NCBI GenBank assembly: GCA_030141605.1
Contig: JAQGDQ010000460.1
Span: forward strand, 1 to 64,000
DNA from: Tubiluchus corallicola
Lineage: Eukaryota; Animalia; Priapulida
Direction of reading: 5' to 3'
DNA length: 64,000 nt
Both the position numbers and the translations under genes were made by a program. Each line of letters opens with the position of its first letter. The stretch's first letter is position 1. This document shows positions 50,721 to 63,372 of this stretch, piece after piece. The notes beneath the pieces were generated by a model, which saw only the letters and a list, made by a program, of their open reading frames with translations, was not told the DNA's origin and searched no databases.

Positions 50721-53369
50721 AGGGAGGGAGGGAGAGAGAGAGAGAGAGAGAGGGAGAGAGAGGGAGAGGGAGAGGGAGAGGGAGAGGGAGAGAGAGAGGG
50801 GAGAGAGAGAGAGAGAGAGGGGGAGAGAGGAAAAAGAGAGACAGTGACAGAGAGAGAGAGTGACAGAGAGAGGGGGAGAGAAAGAGAGGGGAGAGAGAGA
50901 GAGGGAGAGAGAGGGGAGAGAGAGAGAGGGGAGAGAGAGAGAGAGAGAGAGACAGAGAGAGAGAGATAGTTGGAAGACAAGCAAAGGCTTCATTGCACTT
51001 CATGAAAGGGAAGGCCACGATTTTTGCTAAATTTAAAGCACACCTTTCCTTTTAACCATTTTGTAGGATCACAATGAGAAATGTCGATATGCTGATGTAC
51101 TCTGTCCTCAAGCTTGTGGCATTCGCTTCGAACGACGATTCCTTGAGAAGCACACGAAGAGTGACTGTGTGAAACGCCTCGTGGCCTGTGAGTTCTGCTC
51201 CAAGATGGTGCAGTACGACAAAGAGCTGGATCATTTAAACGACTGCGCAAGCTTTCCGGTCTCTTGCCCAAACAGATGCAACACCAAGGACATACGTCGC
51301 GAGGACGTGAGTGCGACCTCTTTTGTGGTTTATAATAATTGACAAAATGATTGGTGTCAAGGTGCTACAAAAAGAGCACCTGTCAGTTCTGAATCCATAG
51401 TAAAAGTTTTCAATTGTGTGAACAGTAATATGATTAATTATGTTTAAAAAAGTCTCAGAAACAAAAATGTAGAATATCTGACCCAATGTGCTTATATGTC
51501 GTGACAACCATGTTATTTTGTTTGTAATCTATATGTGTGTTTGCTAATCAAAATTGTCCGTAAGTCTGCATAGTTAAGTCTGCATAGTTAAAACTACATT
51601 ATGGTGCTTCAAAGTAGAATCCACCAAAAATTGGTCAAATATCAATTTTTTGTATTTTGAAAAAACACACGCTAAAAATATTGGATTTTTATATTTTAAC
51701 CCTCAGGTTATCAAGAAAATGTTCAAAAATTTGATTTTATAACTCCGTACCAATTTTTCTGATTAGAAACTAGTACTGCAATTGTAAAAAAAACTCGTAT
51801 TTTCAAACTCTGAGTTTACCTCGTGGAAGCAGTCACTTTGCTTGGGTTTTTTTCTACTGCCTAGATCTTTGTCAGGGAGAGCCATCTACTGGATTTAAAC
51901 ATAACTTCAATGTGCTCTTAAAAAATCCATAGCAACCACACTTTCCTACGGTTGCTAAGTGTTTTGTAGAAACACGACAAAAAACAATGGCCAACTTTAA
52001 CAGTGATTTTCTCAAGATTATGTTTTTCAGTGAGTAGCCTGCACCTCAACTGCAATGTGTACTATCTCAGCTTAGAAATAACATAGAGCGATGAACTTGG
52101 TATCAAAATGATCCTCATGAAATGGAGATTCAAGATATGTGAATAACTGGAAAAGCTTATTTGCTGACTTATGGACGATTTTGCTATGCAAGCAGATATT
52201 TAAATATATTTACATAGTGCCTACCTGTTATATTTTTTGGCTTTTAGATAAAAAATCATAAAAAATTTTGTACAACCAAAAACTTGAAGAAATTTTATTT
52301 ATGCATTGTCACAACAGTCACTTCTTACTACAAACTTTCGAAATAAAATAACGTAAATTACATAAGATATTCTTTTAGTCTATTAGGTGGCGCAAAAAAT
52401 ATACGTTTTTTCCGCATTTATTTTTTTACTTGTTTTAAAACTTCCGTATCTTTGGAAAAATCTAATTTCAGGAATGAGCTAAATCTTTTTGATGTTCACA
52501 CTTGTAACATAAGTGTGTTAATTTTCAAGCGATTCCATTATTTTTTCCTTACAATATCCTAAACAAACCCACGGCAGATTTTTTTGCACTACCTGGTTTG
52601 TAAAAGTTACTTTCATCTTGTTGATTTTTGATTGATGATGGAGCAACTTATCAACTTTATTCAGCTTCGTTGCTGTAATTACTTGAGCTGATTAATTAAA
52701 TATTTTGCAGTTGGAAAGTCACATGGCGAATGATTGTCTTAAAGCCGGAGTGCCTTGTGCGTTCTCCCGATTCGGTTGCAAGCACCAGAGCGAACGAAAT
52801 GAGATGAAAAAACACGAGGAAGATGAAGTCGTGGTGCGGGACAGATTTCTCATACAAAAAATTGCGTTACTTCACATATTTCTCATGTGCCAGTTAATCA
52901 GCCTTTTTGTAATCAGCGATTGTAATTGTAACAGTTTTAACAGATAACTAGAACGTTACCTAGTCAATTTTTCTTGTTCCCAAGCAAGATCCTGCTAGTA
53001 AATCACTCTACACGCAGACTAATGCATAGTTAAGTGAAGTCTACATAAAACAACTGATGTGGCAGACGGCTTTGCTTTACCCACGTCACGTAAGATGCGT
53101 TGCTGTGGTACACTTAACCTTTGAGCTGCAGCAACTGTGCGTGCGCACAATGAAACTGTGAAAAGGCTTATTCTGATAGAAAATCTGACAAATAAACTCG
53201 GCTGATTGTGTGTGTATGTTGTAAACATGTGTGTGTGTGTGTGTGTGCGTGCGTGTGGCGTGTGTGTTTGCATCGCATGTTCACATGGCTGTGTGCGTGT
53301 GGGTGTGTGTGTGTTGTAAACATGAGTGTGTGTATGTGTGTGTGTGCGTAGCATGTGGGTGTGTGTTGT

Positions 53370-53407
<38 letters not shown>

Positions 53408-56400
53408 ATCGCTTGTGCACGTGGCTATGTGTGTGCGTGTGGCATGTGCATGGCATGTGTGTGCGTGTGGGTATGTGTTGTAAACATACATGTGTTAATA
53501 TGTGTGTGTGTGTGTGTGTGTGTGCGTGCGTGTGCATAGCATTTGGGTGTGTGTTGTAAACATACATGTGTGTGCGTGTGTTGTAAAATTTAGAAAAAAT
53601 TCTATGGTAACCATGTTAGCTAATCCAACAATTTTTTTTTGTTTCAAATGATATAGTGAACGTAATCATAACAGAGCTGTATTAGATTTTATAAATATTT
53701 TTGCACAAGGCTCTTTTATTATTGCCTTATGACGTTGGCTATATCATTCTGTATTCTTTTTTGTATTAAAAATATCGTACTGCCATTGGCTGAAATACTT
53801 TTCTTGTAGAAACACCTATCACTGCTATGCACAAGCCTGGGTGCGGCCATCGATGATGCAAAGTTTCAGGAAGAAAAATTTATGCAATTTTCCACCCAGT
53901 TTCACGAATCTGAATCTAGGGCAAGTTTGAAATGTTCAAGTAGTTTTCATGGTGCAGCAAAATAATGACACTTAGTTATTAAGTTTTTAGATGTTAATTA
54001 AAGTTTTTGCCAGTAGTTGAACTTTGTGAGCTGGAATTACCAAATGCTTGTCATTTTTATCAGAATTTCAACTTGTCTCTTCATTGGTTTTCATCTAGGC
54101 AGTGGCGGCTCGTAGCTATAATTACTGGGGCTGCTGGTTCAGAAAATTTTTTGCCATTGTTCTAATACTGTGTAAAACGAAACAAACATATGCAATTTTA
54201 ATGTTGTAATTTGTAATTGTAATTTCAAACAAACAAACAATATAGATGAACTTGATAAAATCCTAAACGAAAAAATATTTTTTGGTTATAATAGCCTAAA
54301 TTGTCGCAGTTCAAGTTTGATCCATCACATTAAACACCTGACAACTGACAAAAACTGTGTGAGTGACAGTACTTTCTCTACCTCGGCTCAGACATGTGCG
54401 CACGTCAGCATGCACACAATAGCCAAACACCACGTTGCTGGAGTGCACTGTGCTGGGCTGTGAAGCAAACAGTACTACCCTCACGTTCTCCGGTTCCGTA
54501 TAACTATAAAGAAAGGACTAAAGAAAAAAGACTTATTACATAGAATACTATCAATAATATTCTATATAATAAGTCTCTTTTTAGCTCTTTCCCTCGATAA
54601 AGAACAGCTGGGAAGAAGAAGAAGAAGAAGAGGATATAGAATATTATCAATAATATTGAGTGAAAATAGGGGGTGCTGCAGTTCCACAGTACTTATACAC
54701 GAGCAGCCACTGCATCTCAAGACATAATGGGGTAAACTGTAGGAGTAGCAAGTTTCATAGTCCATTTCTGGTTTGTTTTCCCTGTGACTTCCAAACAAGT
54801 TGAGGTCATAAGTGAATTAATACCGTGTAACAGGATTATAGGGAACATGGTTAGTGTGTAGTGCACGCTAGTAATGCATACTCACAAAAGAGAACAAAGT
54901 TTCAGCATTTATTTAACTGCTACAATAGCTTAGAACAGAGCATACTCGGTTATTACATATTGAAGACTTTTTGTCAGGCTCAAGTGCTTGCATTACGATG
55001 TATTCACTTTACTAATCAAGTTGTGTAAATCTACGACTGAACGTGTACGCTCAATCTAATATGAAACATTCGATTATTTTTAGTTTATTGAAGTTGAATA
55101 TACTGCAAAGTAGTTGGTACTTCACAGCATCTTCTGAAAGTACTTGACATCTATGAAGCCACACATTGTACATTATCTGTACACTTTATTATTAACACAT
55201 ACTTGTCCATCTATCTAGTAGTAATATACATATGATTAGCACGTGTGCTTATAGATTGTTATACACAGACCCTATTTCAGGGGGGGAAGTGGGGATACTT
55301 CCCCGGGGCCTCATCCTCCACGGGGCCTCGCGCCGAGGTAACATTTTTTGCTTTATGCGAACATACTGTCTCCTCTCTCCCTCTCTCTCTCTTGCTGCAT
55401 GTGCGCCGTTTGGCTTGTGCGACTCGGTGCCGATGTTCAGCTGTTTTCAATTTCGGGATTTCTAACACCGGCTTGTACGGAAGTGAGCGTACGGTATTAC
55501 ATATCGCAAAGATGTTGTTTTTTGATTTGACTATTTGACAAGTATTAAGGACTGGTCTTGAGAATAAAGCAGCTTTTCTTTCAATTGTTCTTTCCTTTAA
55601 CTCTTCGAAAATGCTTCTCTGGCGTTCTAGCAGTTCAAAAATTTTCTGGTTGGCGCAACACCACCCCCCACCCCCCCGAGGGGGCCTCACACGCCCCACT
55701 TCCCCGGGCCTCGCTTAGGCTGAAACAGGCCCTGGTTATACAGTACTTTGTTCTCCATCCCCGGGTCAGGTTTGCTATAATGATGTTATACTGTACATAT
55801 GATCCACGCCAGTCGTAGTAGGAAACTGATGATATAAAGTTTATTAAAATCGTAAGCATTAAATGATGCTTAAAACTTCTAAAATTAGAATATGTTTAGC
55901 TTTTAACGGCTTTTCAATTGCAAGTGGCGATAAGCAAGGTGTGACAAAGCTTATACAGTCTGTATAACAGTTGACAGTCATATTTGACATCGATCTAGCC
56001 TCTGCTTTGATTAAGATTAGGAGCAGTTACTTAAAGGAAGACAGGATGATTTTCATATACTACCCCATTTTACAAGTCCTATAAAAAGTATACATTTTAA
56101 CACAATTAATACTGCAAAAGCATTTCTGATAATAAAATAGTAGATTAAAAATTTAATCGACGGCGAGCGAGCCCAACTATTGATGACATCACAGACTAAC
56201 ATAATTTTCGACAGCAAAAATATTCCACGAGCGTGTTGCACGTATTTGCGAAAGTGAAAATTGAAGTACAGTGCTACTGTAAGATGTTCAGTGTGTTGTA
56301 CTAAAACTAGGCAAGTTTTAAGATAAAAATTCATATTTACCACTCTACTCATGCATGAGCTGTCAAACATGTATATTTCATCACAAACTAACACATCTGA

Positions 56401-59173
56401 ACTAAGAGGTAACGCACCTGTTTTTGTGCAATGCGTTTCCGAAATGCGGGCGCTAGCGCCCGTCTAACTAGCAAATGGTGAAATGCATGTAACAGTGAAT
56501 TGTTAGTGGCGTGAACGTGAAATTGTGTGATAATAATTCCTTCACGTAAGTCATTTTTTAAAAAATAGTATGTTTCCTTTCAGCGTTTTAAAGAGTAGAT
56601 TGTTTTGACCTACAGTTTAAGATTGGGTCCGATTTTGCTTTAAATTGACTGTCAATTACTAGGTAGCTTTAATGTGCAAGTTTTGTCAGTTATGTCAGTT
56701 TTGTACTTTGACTAGTGTAGATTGTTGTTTTAGTCGTGGTGTACTCCACCAACTGATAAAACTTGAGGTCAGTTAAATATGGCTGTGCTAATTAATTATG
56801 TAGTAATTAGTACTCATCATAAACCTGTGCAGGTGAAAACTTTGGAGAAGTATTACGGTGCACAGCTCGTTTGGAAGATTGACAAGTTTGCGGAGCAGCA
56901 GAAAAAAGCGAAAATCGGAGAGAAGCCAACCATTTTCTCTCCTCCGTTCCTTACCAGTCGCCATGGTTACAAACTCGCACTCAGCACATGTTTGAATGGA
57001 GACGGAAGTGGTAAGATTATAATTGTGTGTCCACTTATGCATGTTTCAACAGTAATACAGTGAACTCCTCAAAACTCAAAGCCAACCGGGCCGAGAAAAA
57101 ACATTTATTGACCATTTTCCAGCATAGAAACTCTAAACCCCTCCTCCAGACGGCGAGCTAAATAGAAGGCAGAAAGTCAACCCTTCTATACATAAAAGAC
57201 AAGATTTGATGACAATTACATAAAGAATGACAAATTATGTAGTGAAACACGATTTTTTTTATGTTACAAAAGGACACGTACACAACACGGAAAGACCAAT
57301 ATGAGACATGCGAAGTAAATTGCACGTATTTTGATTAAATGAACCATAATTTTTTATTTGAATTAGGTGAAAATTTGAATTAGGCAGAGTTATATTTCTT
57401 AATGTATTTCTGAATTTCTGTATTATATTTCTCAATTGTAATTTACTGTAGTCAATTTTACCTCAGATAACCTGCAATCAACCTCTGCTATAAGGGACAC
57501 CTCGGGACCACAAAAACCGTCCGTTATATCCAATATCCGTTATAGCCGAAGTTGAGTAGACCGAGCGGCGTATCTAGACCTGTACTTTTCTGTACTTTTA
57601 CCCACATTTTTATGCATCATTGCTAGACATTCAGTGCAAATGGTATGTAGGAAGCTCCTTCAGTGAAGCGAGATGTATGTGACCGCTGAAACCGAGTTGT
57701 TTGAAGGCCGAGTTTGCGAAAAATGCGGGTTAAAAATCGATCAATTTCACTTCGATTATAGGGTCCCTTAGATGCGAGGTAATTTATCTGGGTTTTTATT
57801 ACGTGGGACCTGAAGATATCGTCCCTTATAACCGAAAGTCCCTTATATCCGAGTACCTTATATACGAAGATTTTTACATAGGAAAAACGTTACGAAAAAT
57901 CGGGACCGGTGTTGGTGGTCCCTTATAAGTGAGTACCTTATACCCGAGGTTGACTGTATTTTATTGCTATTATCAGTAATTTTAAACTGTTTTTTGTTGT
58001 CAGCAAAAGGCAAGTGGATGTCGTTGTTCATCTGCATCTGCAAGGGTGATTTTGACGCCCTTAACGAATGGCCGTTTTCACACAAGGTCACCTTCACGCT
58101 TATTGATCAGAACGAGGACGCGAACAATCGGCGAAATGTAAATTATGTCGTCAGACCAAACGCCGGTAAGCTCTTCTGTTGTCACTGTTGTTAAAGCGAA
58201 ACTGAACCCAATCTTAAACTGTAGGTCAAAACAATCTGCTCTTCAAAATGTTGAAAGGAAACGTGCCATTTTTTTTCAAAAATGACTTACGTGAAAGAAT
58301 TATTACCACCCAAACACCCAGTGTTTGTGCCACTAGTTCCCTATTTGCCCTGCAAATAGAAGGTAGGTCAAAGTTTGAGCCTTTGACTTCTCTATTTGTG
58401 TAACTGCATTATTAACTACATACGATATTATGAATAAAAGACATAATAATAATAATTTGCTGTAACATGTGCTTCCCCATTCGCTAGTTAAACGGGCACT
58501 AGTGCCTGCATTTCAGAAATGCACAAAAACAGGTGCTGTACCTCTCAGCTGAGATGTGTTGGTTTGTGACAAACTACACGTTTGACAGCTCATGCGTGAG
58601 TACAGTGGTAAATTTGAAATTTGAATTTTTATCTTGAAACTTGCCTAGTTTTAGTACAACACGCTGAATCTCTTACAGTAGCACTGTACTGTTATCATTA
58701 GTTTGTGATGTCATCAGTAGTTGGGCTCTCCAATCTAATATTTACCTATCAGAAACGCTTTTGCAGTATTAATCGTGTTAAAATGTATGCTTTTTATTGT
58801 ACTTGAAAATGGGGTAGTATATGAAAAATCATCCTGTCTTTCTTTAATGCAACAGAGAATGTCAATGGTGGCCTAAGTAGAAATTGCTTCAGTGGTTTAT
58901 ATCTCAAACTATTGTGTTTGTAAGATTGTGATTAAAATGTTTAACGAATTTTAGGGTTTCTGTGTTACGAACCTTCTGAAGTGGTCAGTGATTTGTTTAT
59001 TTACAGTGAAAGAGAACAAGCCATTTCTCGGACGTCCACTCGGTCCTCGCAATGCCAGTTTTGGCGCACAGAAGTTCATTGAACTGCACATGCTGGAAAA
59101 ATACGACTACATACGAGACGACGTCATGTTCGTCAAGGTTCACGTGGACATGGACGACATCAACCCCATTTAA
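49107..59173 (+). CDS. TRAF4: TNF receptor-associated factor (TRAF4/TRF-1-like): RING + 5 TRAF zinc fingers + short coiled coil + MATH, 8 coding exons, about 467 aa
   Basis: Exons 49107-49375, 50443-50596, 51067-51306, 52711-52833 (donor could be 52830), 53810-53920 (GC donor), 56833-57010, 58004-58165 and 59007-59173. C3HC3D RING (CPVC..CSH..CSAC..CPID), five zinc-finger repeats, and MATH motifs LVWKIDKF, FSPPFLTSRHGYKL, LNGDG, KGDFDALNEWPF, FLGRP..RNASFG, YIRDDVMFVKV. TRAF family is certain; the TRAF4 label is a best guess. Confidence 0.92.
49857..50343 (-). mobile_element. MITE family D (inverted, with internal insertion and deletion)
   Basis: TA|CGGTCAACCTCAGGTATAAGG ... GAGGTTGACTG|TA. 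Confidence 0.82.
50638..50967. repeat. (GA)n / GA-rich microsatellite in TRAF intron 2
   Basis: Purine-rich GA/GGGA tract. Confidence 0.97.
51534..52197 (+). mobile_element. Family C element
   Basis: Colinear with 34294-34932. Confidence 0.82.
53207..53586. repeat. (TG)n-based degenerate repeat
   Basis: TG tracts punctuated by gttgtaaaca. Confidence 0.95.
54100..54712. mobile_element. hAT-like MITE
   Basis: TIRs CAGTGGCGGCTCGT ... ACGAGCAGCCACTG; flanks catctagg / catctcaa. Confidence 0.65.
55266..55734. mobile_element. hAT-like MITE with perfect 8-bp TSD GTTATACA
   Basis: gttataca|CAGACCCTATTTCAG ... CTGAAACAGGCCCTG|gttataca, with GC-rich ggggcc subterminal motifs. Confidence 0.78.
56031..56643 (+). 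mobile_element. Family A (Kolobok-like) element
   Basis: TTAA|AGGAAGACAGG ... GATTTTGCT|TTAA. Confidence 0.82.
57475..57956 (+). mobile_element. MITE family D
   Basis: Colinear with 12142-12624; ends 47 bp before TRAF exon 7. Confidence 0.83.
58191..58847 (-). mobile_element. Family A (Kolobok-like) element, inverted
   Basis: TTAA|AGCGAAACTG ... CCTGTCTTTCT|TTAA; reverse complement of 56031-56643. Confidence 0.82.
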
Positions 59174-59401
59174 CGATTTTCCGTGCATGGTTTGTTGTTC
59201 TTTGTAGGCAGTCAGGTGATCATGCTGTGCATAGAAAGTAAAGTGGTACTCTGGCGCCATCATTGATAAATTACTGAAATAGTGCGAGAGATGGGAGCTT
59301 TAACTGCCATTTGAATGTCCTATGCGAGTTCTTGGCAGCAGGATTAAATTCATCTATCTTCTTTCCCTGCTATCATGATTTTCTTCATCTTGATTATTCA
59401 T

Positions 59402-59866
59402 TTGATTTGATTGTTTTGTTTGACAATATATTCTGATTTGATTGTTTGGCAATATATTCTGATTTGATTGTTTAGCAATATATTCTGATTTGATTGTTTG
59501 GCAATGTATTTCGATTTGATTGTTTGGCGATGTATTTCGATTTGATTGTTTGGCAATGTATGTCGATTTGATTGTTTGACAATGCATTTCGATTTGATTG
59601 TTTGGCAATGTATTTCGATTTGATTGTTTGACAATGCATTTCGATTTGATTGTTTGGCAATGTATTTCGATCTGATTGTTTGGCAATATATTCTGATTTG
59701 ATTGTTTGGCGATGTATTTCGATTTGATTGTTTGGCAATGTATGTCGATTTGATTGTTTGACAATGCATTTCGATTTGATTGTTTGGCAATGTATTTCGA
59801 TTTGATTGTTTGACAATGCATTTCGATCTGATTGTTTGACAATGTATTTCGATTTGATGTTTGACA
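59402..59866. repeat. 26-bp minisatellite, about 17 copies, in the probable TRAF 3'UTR
   Basis: Unit gatttgattgtttggcaatgtatttc. Confidence 0.95.
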
Positions 59867-62380
59867 ACTGACAATGAATTTCGAAATAGATTTTGATAAT
59901 GTAATAATCCTCAAACGTACTTTTTCAGTATAAATGATTTTAAATAATGTAATGAAATGATTACTTGCGAATCTGTACTATAATAAATTTTTGTGGCATG
60001 ACCAATCCTGTTTATAAGAGTAATTTAGTGGTGCATGACAATATTAAATTCTTTTACTGTAAAGTTATTGTAAAAATGATGCAACAACCATTTCTAAAAC
60101 ACGTCCATCCGGCTTGCCCAGACCCAATATGCAAAAAAAAAACCACACAAAATTATTTCACATAAAACCGATGGTTTTATTGCGACAATAACATAAGCTT
60201 AGCGTACTGGCATAAGCAAAGCTAAAAATTTATTAAAAACAAAAAGTTTGCACCTTAAAACTAAATAAATTTTGATTTTTTATACATTTCTGCCCCGACT
60301 CACTCGTACATCGTCCTCAATTTGTCCAAAAATAAATTTGCAATAGAAAATATTTAATCAAGATGTTCCGAATATACAGTAATTGACTTAAAATGAAACA
60401 ATGAGCCGACTTATGTTAACCTATTGAGTTATAACAAATTTTACTTTGCTTCTTCCATTCCAATGCATGAATTAAAACTGCACTTCGAAGCATAACTTGT
60501 CATTTGTACAAATGTGTCATTGCCGCTTTAACTCGTGCAACGGAAACGGAGAGGGCAACGTAAAGAAAACGTAAGAGATGTAGATTTTCACACGGACGGC
60601 AGCAACAACCGTCACGTGACAACTTCCACAGAAACAATCTTAACAAACACTAACAGAATAACAAAAATAAGTTGCTGTTTTCAGCCCACAGAGGGCAGTA
60701 TCACAAAACGAACGCTCCACGTCATTGAACGTTCGCAAAAACTACAAATTTCGGAAGTATAATAATAATAATTATCATCATTGCAAATATTAGGACTGAA
60801 ACTTGGGATGCAAATCAGTTAAAAAACTTTTGTAGACAAAATGATAGGGAACAATTTAACAAATGCCCCAAATACAGAAAAAGGACCTTTTTACAATAAC
60901 GTACTCTGCAGTAGATGAGCGGCCACGTGATGATTTATATACAATCCCTCCAGTTAATATTTCCTGGCAGGTTACAATTTAGACTTTTTTGCTTAGATTA
61001 TAATGGCGCTTCTCCATTAAACTGTTAGAAATCTCCGCTACTTCACAGCAAATCATAAGAAAACTGTTTATGGATACATTGGATATAATTTTGGATATAC
61101 TGATCTCGCAGTCGCATAACGCGTGTACTAATTTTACAGCAAAACAGTCGGATATTATAAATTGAGGGTATACAGCTTAGCTTATTAATGAAATGTGGCA
61201 CAGTCCCATCACCAAATCTTATTGTGAACACCTTATTCAGTAACACTGAAGTTTTTAGCTCGATACAATTTTAATCAGTTTGGATAAAACCAGTATCCGC
61301 TTTCTAAACTGTAACACGGTAACTTAACACTTTTACAAACGGTATAATTTTTATTTCATCCAGCAGGTTGTAAAAAAAATCAGTTACTTAAACACAAAAC
61401 AAACATAAACAATGACGTGTTTTGAGTCATAACGCAAGAAACTTATCACCAAACATTAACGACTCGTCTATCGTAATTTCCCTAATTTAACAGTGACTAT
61501 CTTTGTACATAATAAGCGCAAAAAAACCTCCTAGCAACTTTTTTATTCTAAGTTCCACAGACTACCATAACCTTATATATATATACAAAAATTCACAATT
61601 ATGTCCTACTAGACTTATTAGCAAGAATATCGTAACTAAAATGGCGTTGCTTCTCTAAGATCACACGGTGATCAGGAATTTACGCGGAGCATGAAACGAC
61701 AGATTAAATGCGAGTTATCTTTAAAGGAGTGCCGGCATCCATTGACTCGATAATGATTTCAGCAGATGGCGACACACAAGCTGTAGACTTTGAATGATTA
61801 TATCATGTCATACATACACGGCCAAGATCCTCTCAAGGGGGGAAAACCTATGTAAATTGGTGCCAATAAGTTTGTAATTGGGCCAAAAAGAAGGTAATGA
61901 AAAGAAACAACTGTGGGCCTGTTGAACAAAGAGATTTCGACAAATGCACGTTAAATGTTCAAAAACCAACAACGTAAATTGCCCAGTTATCAAATTGAAT
62001 GACAATGTTTATTTATGTTGGAACTAGATTCAACGTGCTGCGAAATCAGGCAGGAAAATCTTTTTCACTGGTATTGATTATTTTGACAAGTTTCAGCAAA
62101 TGATCTGCTTTTAAATGAGTTAGCTAAATTAGCATAGGCACTGATTAAGCTTTGCTATAATTCGCACTTGAGCAAAGTGACTAATAATAGTCGTTTTTAT
62201 TGATAAGTAGACGAGCTTAATTCATTAACATACACAAAAATTTGGCCTTAGTGATACCAGTTTTCCCCACTTATATAGGTAGCATTCAGTTAAAAAGAAC
62301 ATGACTAATCATGCTGTGTTGTCATAGCAACGGGTGCAGCTGCGTTGCCGAAGCAACAAATATAACAATGCTAGGTGCGT

Positions 62381-62558
62381 TTAGCTTCCAGTTACCGTGA
62401 TGGCGGTCTCCACATCCAGATGAGAACACGACTGACTGAGGGGCGTGTCCAGATAGTGCGAGCAGGTGTTGCAGACGCGCACCGGTTCTATGAGCTGCTC
62501 TTTCGGCACTGGCAAACGATTAGAGGAACAGGTGCTGCAAAATATTCGTCCGCAACTC
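62381..62558 (-). CDS. Terminal exon of a C-terminal FYVE-domain protein, most like myotubularin-related MTMR3/MTMR4; the rest of the gene lies beyond the window
   Basis: Acceptor ttgttttctag| before 62558, phase 2. Encodes (R)SCGRIFCSTCSSNRLPVPKEQLIEPVRVCNTCSHYL...TGS*, the second half of a FYVE finger (CG.IFC..C, RVC..C). PVP..QL.EP.RVC resembles MTMR3/4, but ZFYVE28/LST2 is not excluded. Confidence 0.8.
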
Positions 62559-62603
62559 CTAGAAAACAAAGTAGAGAAACAGTTTAACTGAAGAGGTATT
62601 AAC

Positions 62604-62799
62604 AAGGAGTGGCCAATTTTGGTTTGCAGCTTCGAATAAACCAAGGAGTGGCCAATTTTGGTTTGCAGCTTCGAATAAATCGCGGAGTAGCCAATTTTGG
62701 CTTGCAGCTTCGAATAAATCGCGGAGTAGCCAATTTTGGCTTGCAGCTTCGAATAAATCGCGGAGTAGCCAATTTTGGCTTGCAGCTTCGAATAAATCA
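62604..62799. repeat. 39-bp tandem repeat, 5 copies, just upstream of the FYVE exon acceptor
   Basis: Unit ggagtagccaattttggcttgcagcttcgaataaatcgc. Confidence 0.93.
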
Positions 62800-62909
62800 T
62801 TAGGTCCATGTCAAACAGAGCTGGACATAATGCGTATGGAAAAAAGCCACCTCGTGAAAAATAAATATATGCAAACCAAGATAATCTATTTGCCGTCTTT
62901 TGCCTACGG

Positions 62910-63372
62910 CAGGGGTGTGCAAATTATCTGACTAGCCAGGCCAGGCCACATTAAACTTTCCCACAATTCCTGTGGGCCACAGGCAGTTTGATCAAGGAGC
63001 CAAGTACAGAAATGCCTAATAACGATCTTTTTGCATCCGACTTGCGTACATCTTACTACTACACTCAAGAAACTATTTTAGAAGTTATTAAAATTTATAT
63101 TACAAACCATATATTTCTACTTTCTGGACAGATAGTGGTAATTTCATTACAATGCATATTACAGTCTGTGTAGTACGGTGACAATAAGCTACAACCGTCT
63201 TGTAAGGGTTAATGGTATCCGATCTAGTAGAAAAAACTACCCGCACTATCTTTGGCACGGACTTCAGCTGGATACATTCAATTAATCGCCCGGGCAGCAC
63301 TGTGATTAGGTTGACAAATCTCTTCGCGGGCCGCACAAATTCTCTCGGCGGGCCGCAATTTGCACACCCCAG
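62910..63372. mobile_element. hAT-like MITE with perfect 8-bp TSD GCCTACGG
   Basis: gcctacgg|CAGGGGTGTGCAAATT ... AATTTGCACACCCCAG|gcctacgg, with gcgggccgca subterminal motifs. Confidence 0.8.

Noticed and set aside
52633-52691. Box C/D snoRNA-like TGATGA...CTGA in TRAF intron 3
   Set aside because: The D box is only about 20 nt from the acceptor and is better explained as the branch site; no rRNA-complementary guide was recognised.
53019-53567. HT/CV-rich ORFs up to 182 aa
   Set aside because: Translations of a (TG)n repeat in TRAF intron 4.
57805-57842. CTGAAGA...CGAAA hammerhead-like core in MITE family D
   Set aside because: No stem II and the wrong pairing topology; explained by the MITE's subterminal repeats.
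59354-59914. Three long overlapping minus-strand ORFs (131-186 aa)
   Set aside because: They arise from a stop-free 26-bp minisatellite whose unit is not a multiple of 3; there is no splice or homology support.
62559-62809. N-terminal SKLQAKIGYSAIY repeats of the 142-aa ORF as part of the FYVE protein
   Set aside because: A clear acceptor at 62559 falls exactly where the FYVE motif resumes; the repeats are an intronic 39-bp array that happens to be in frame.
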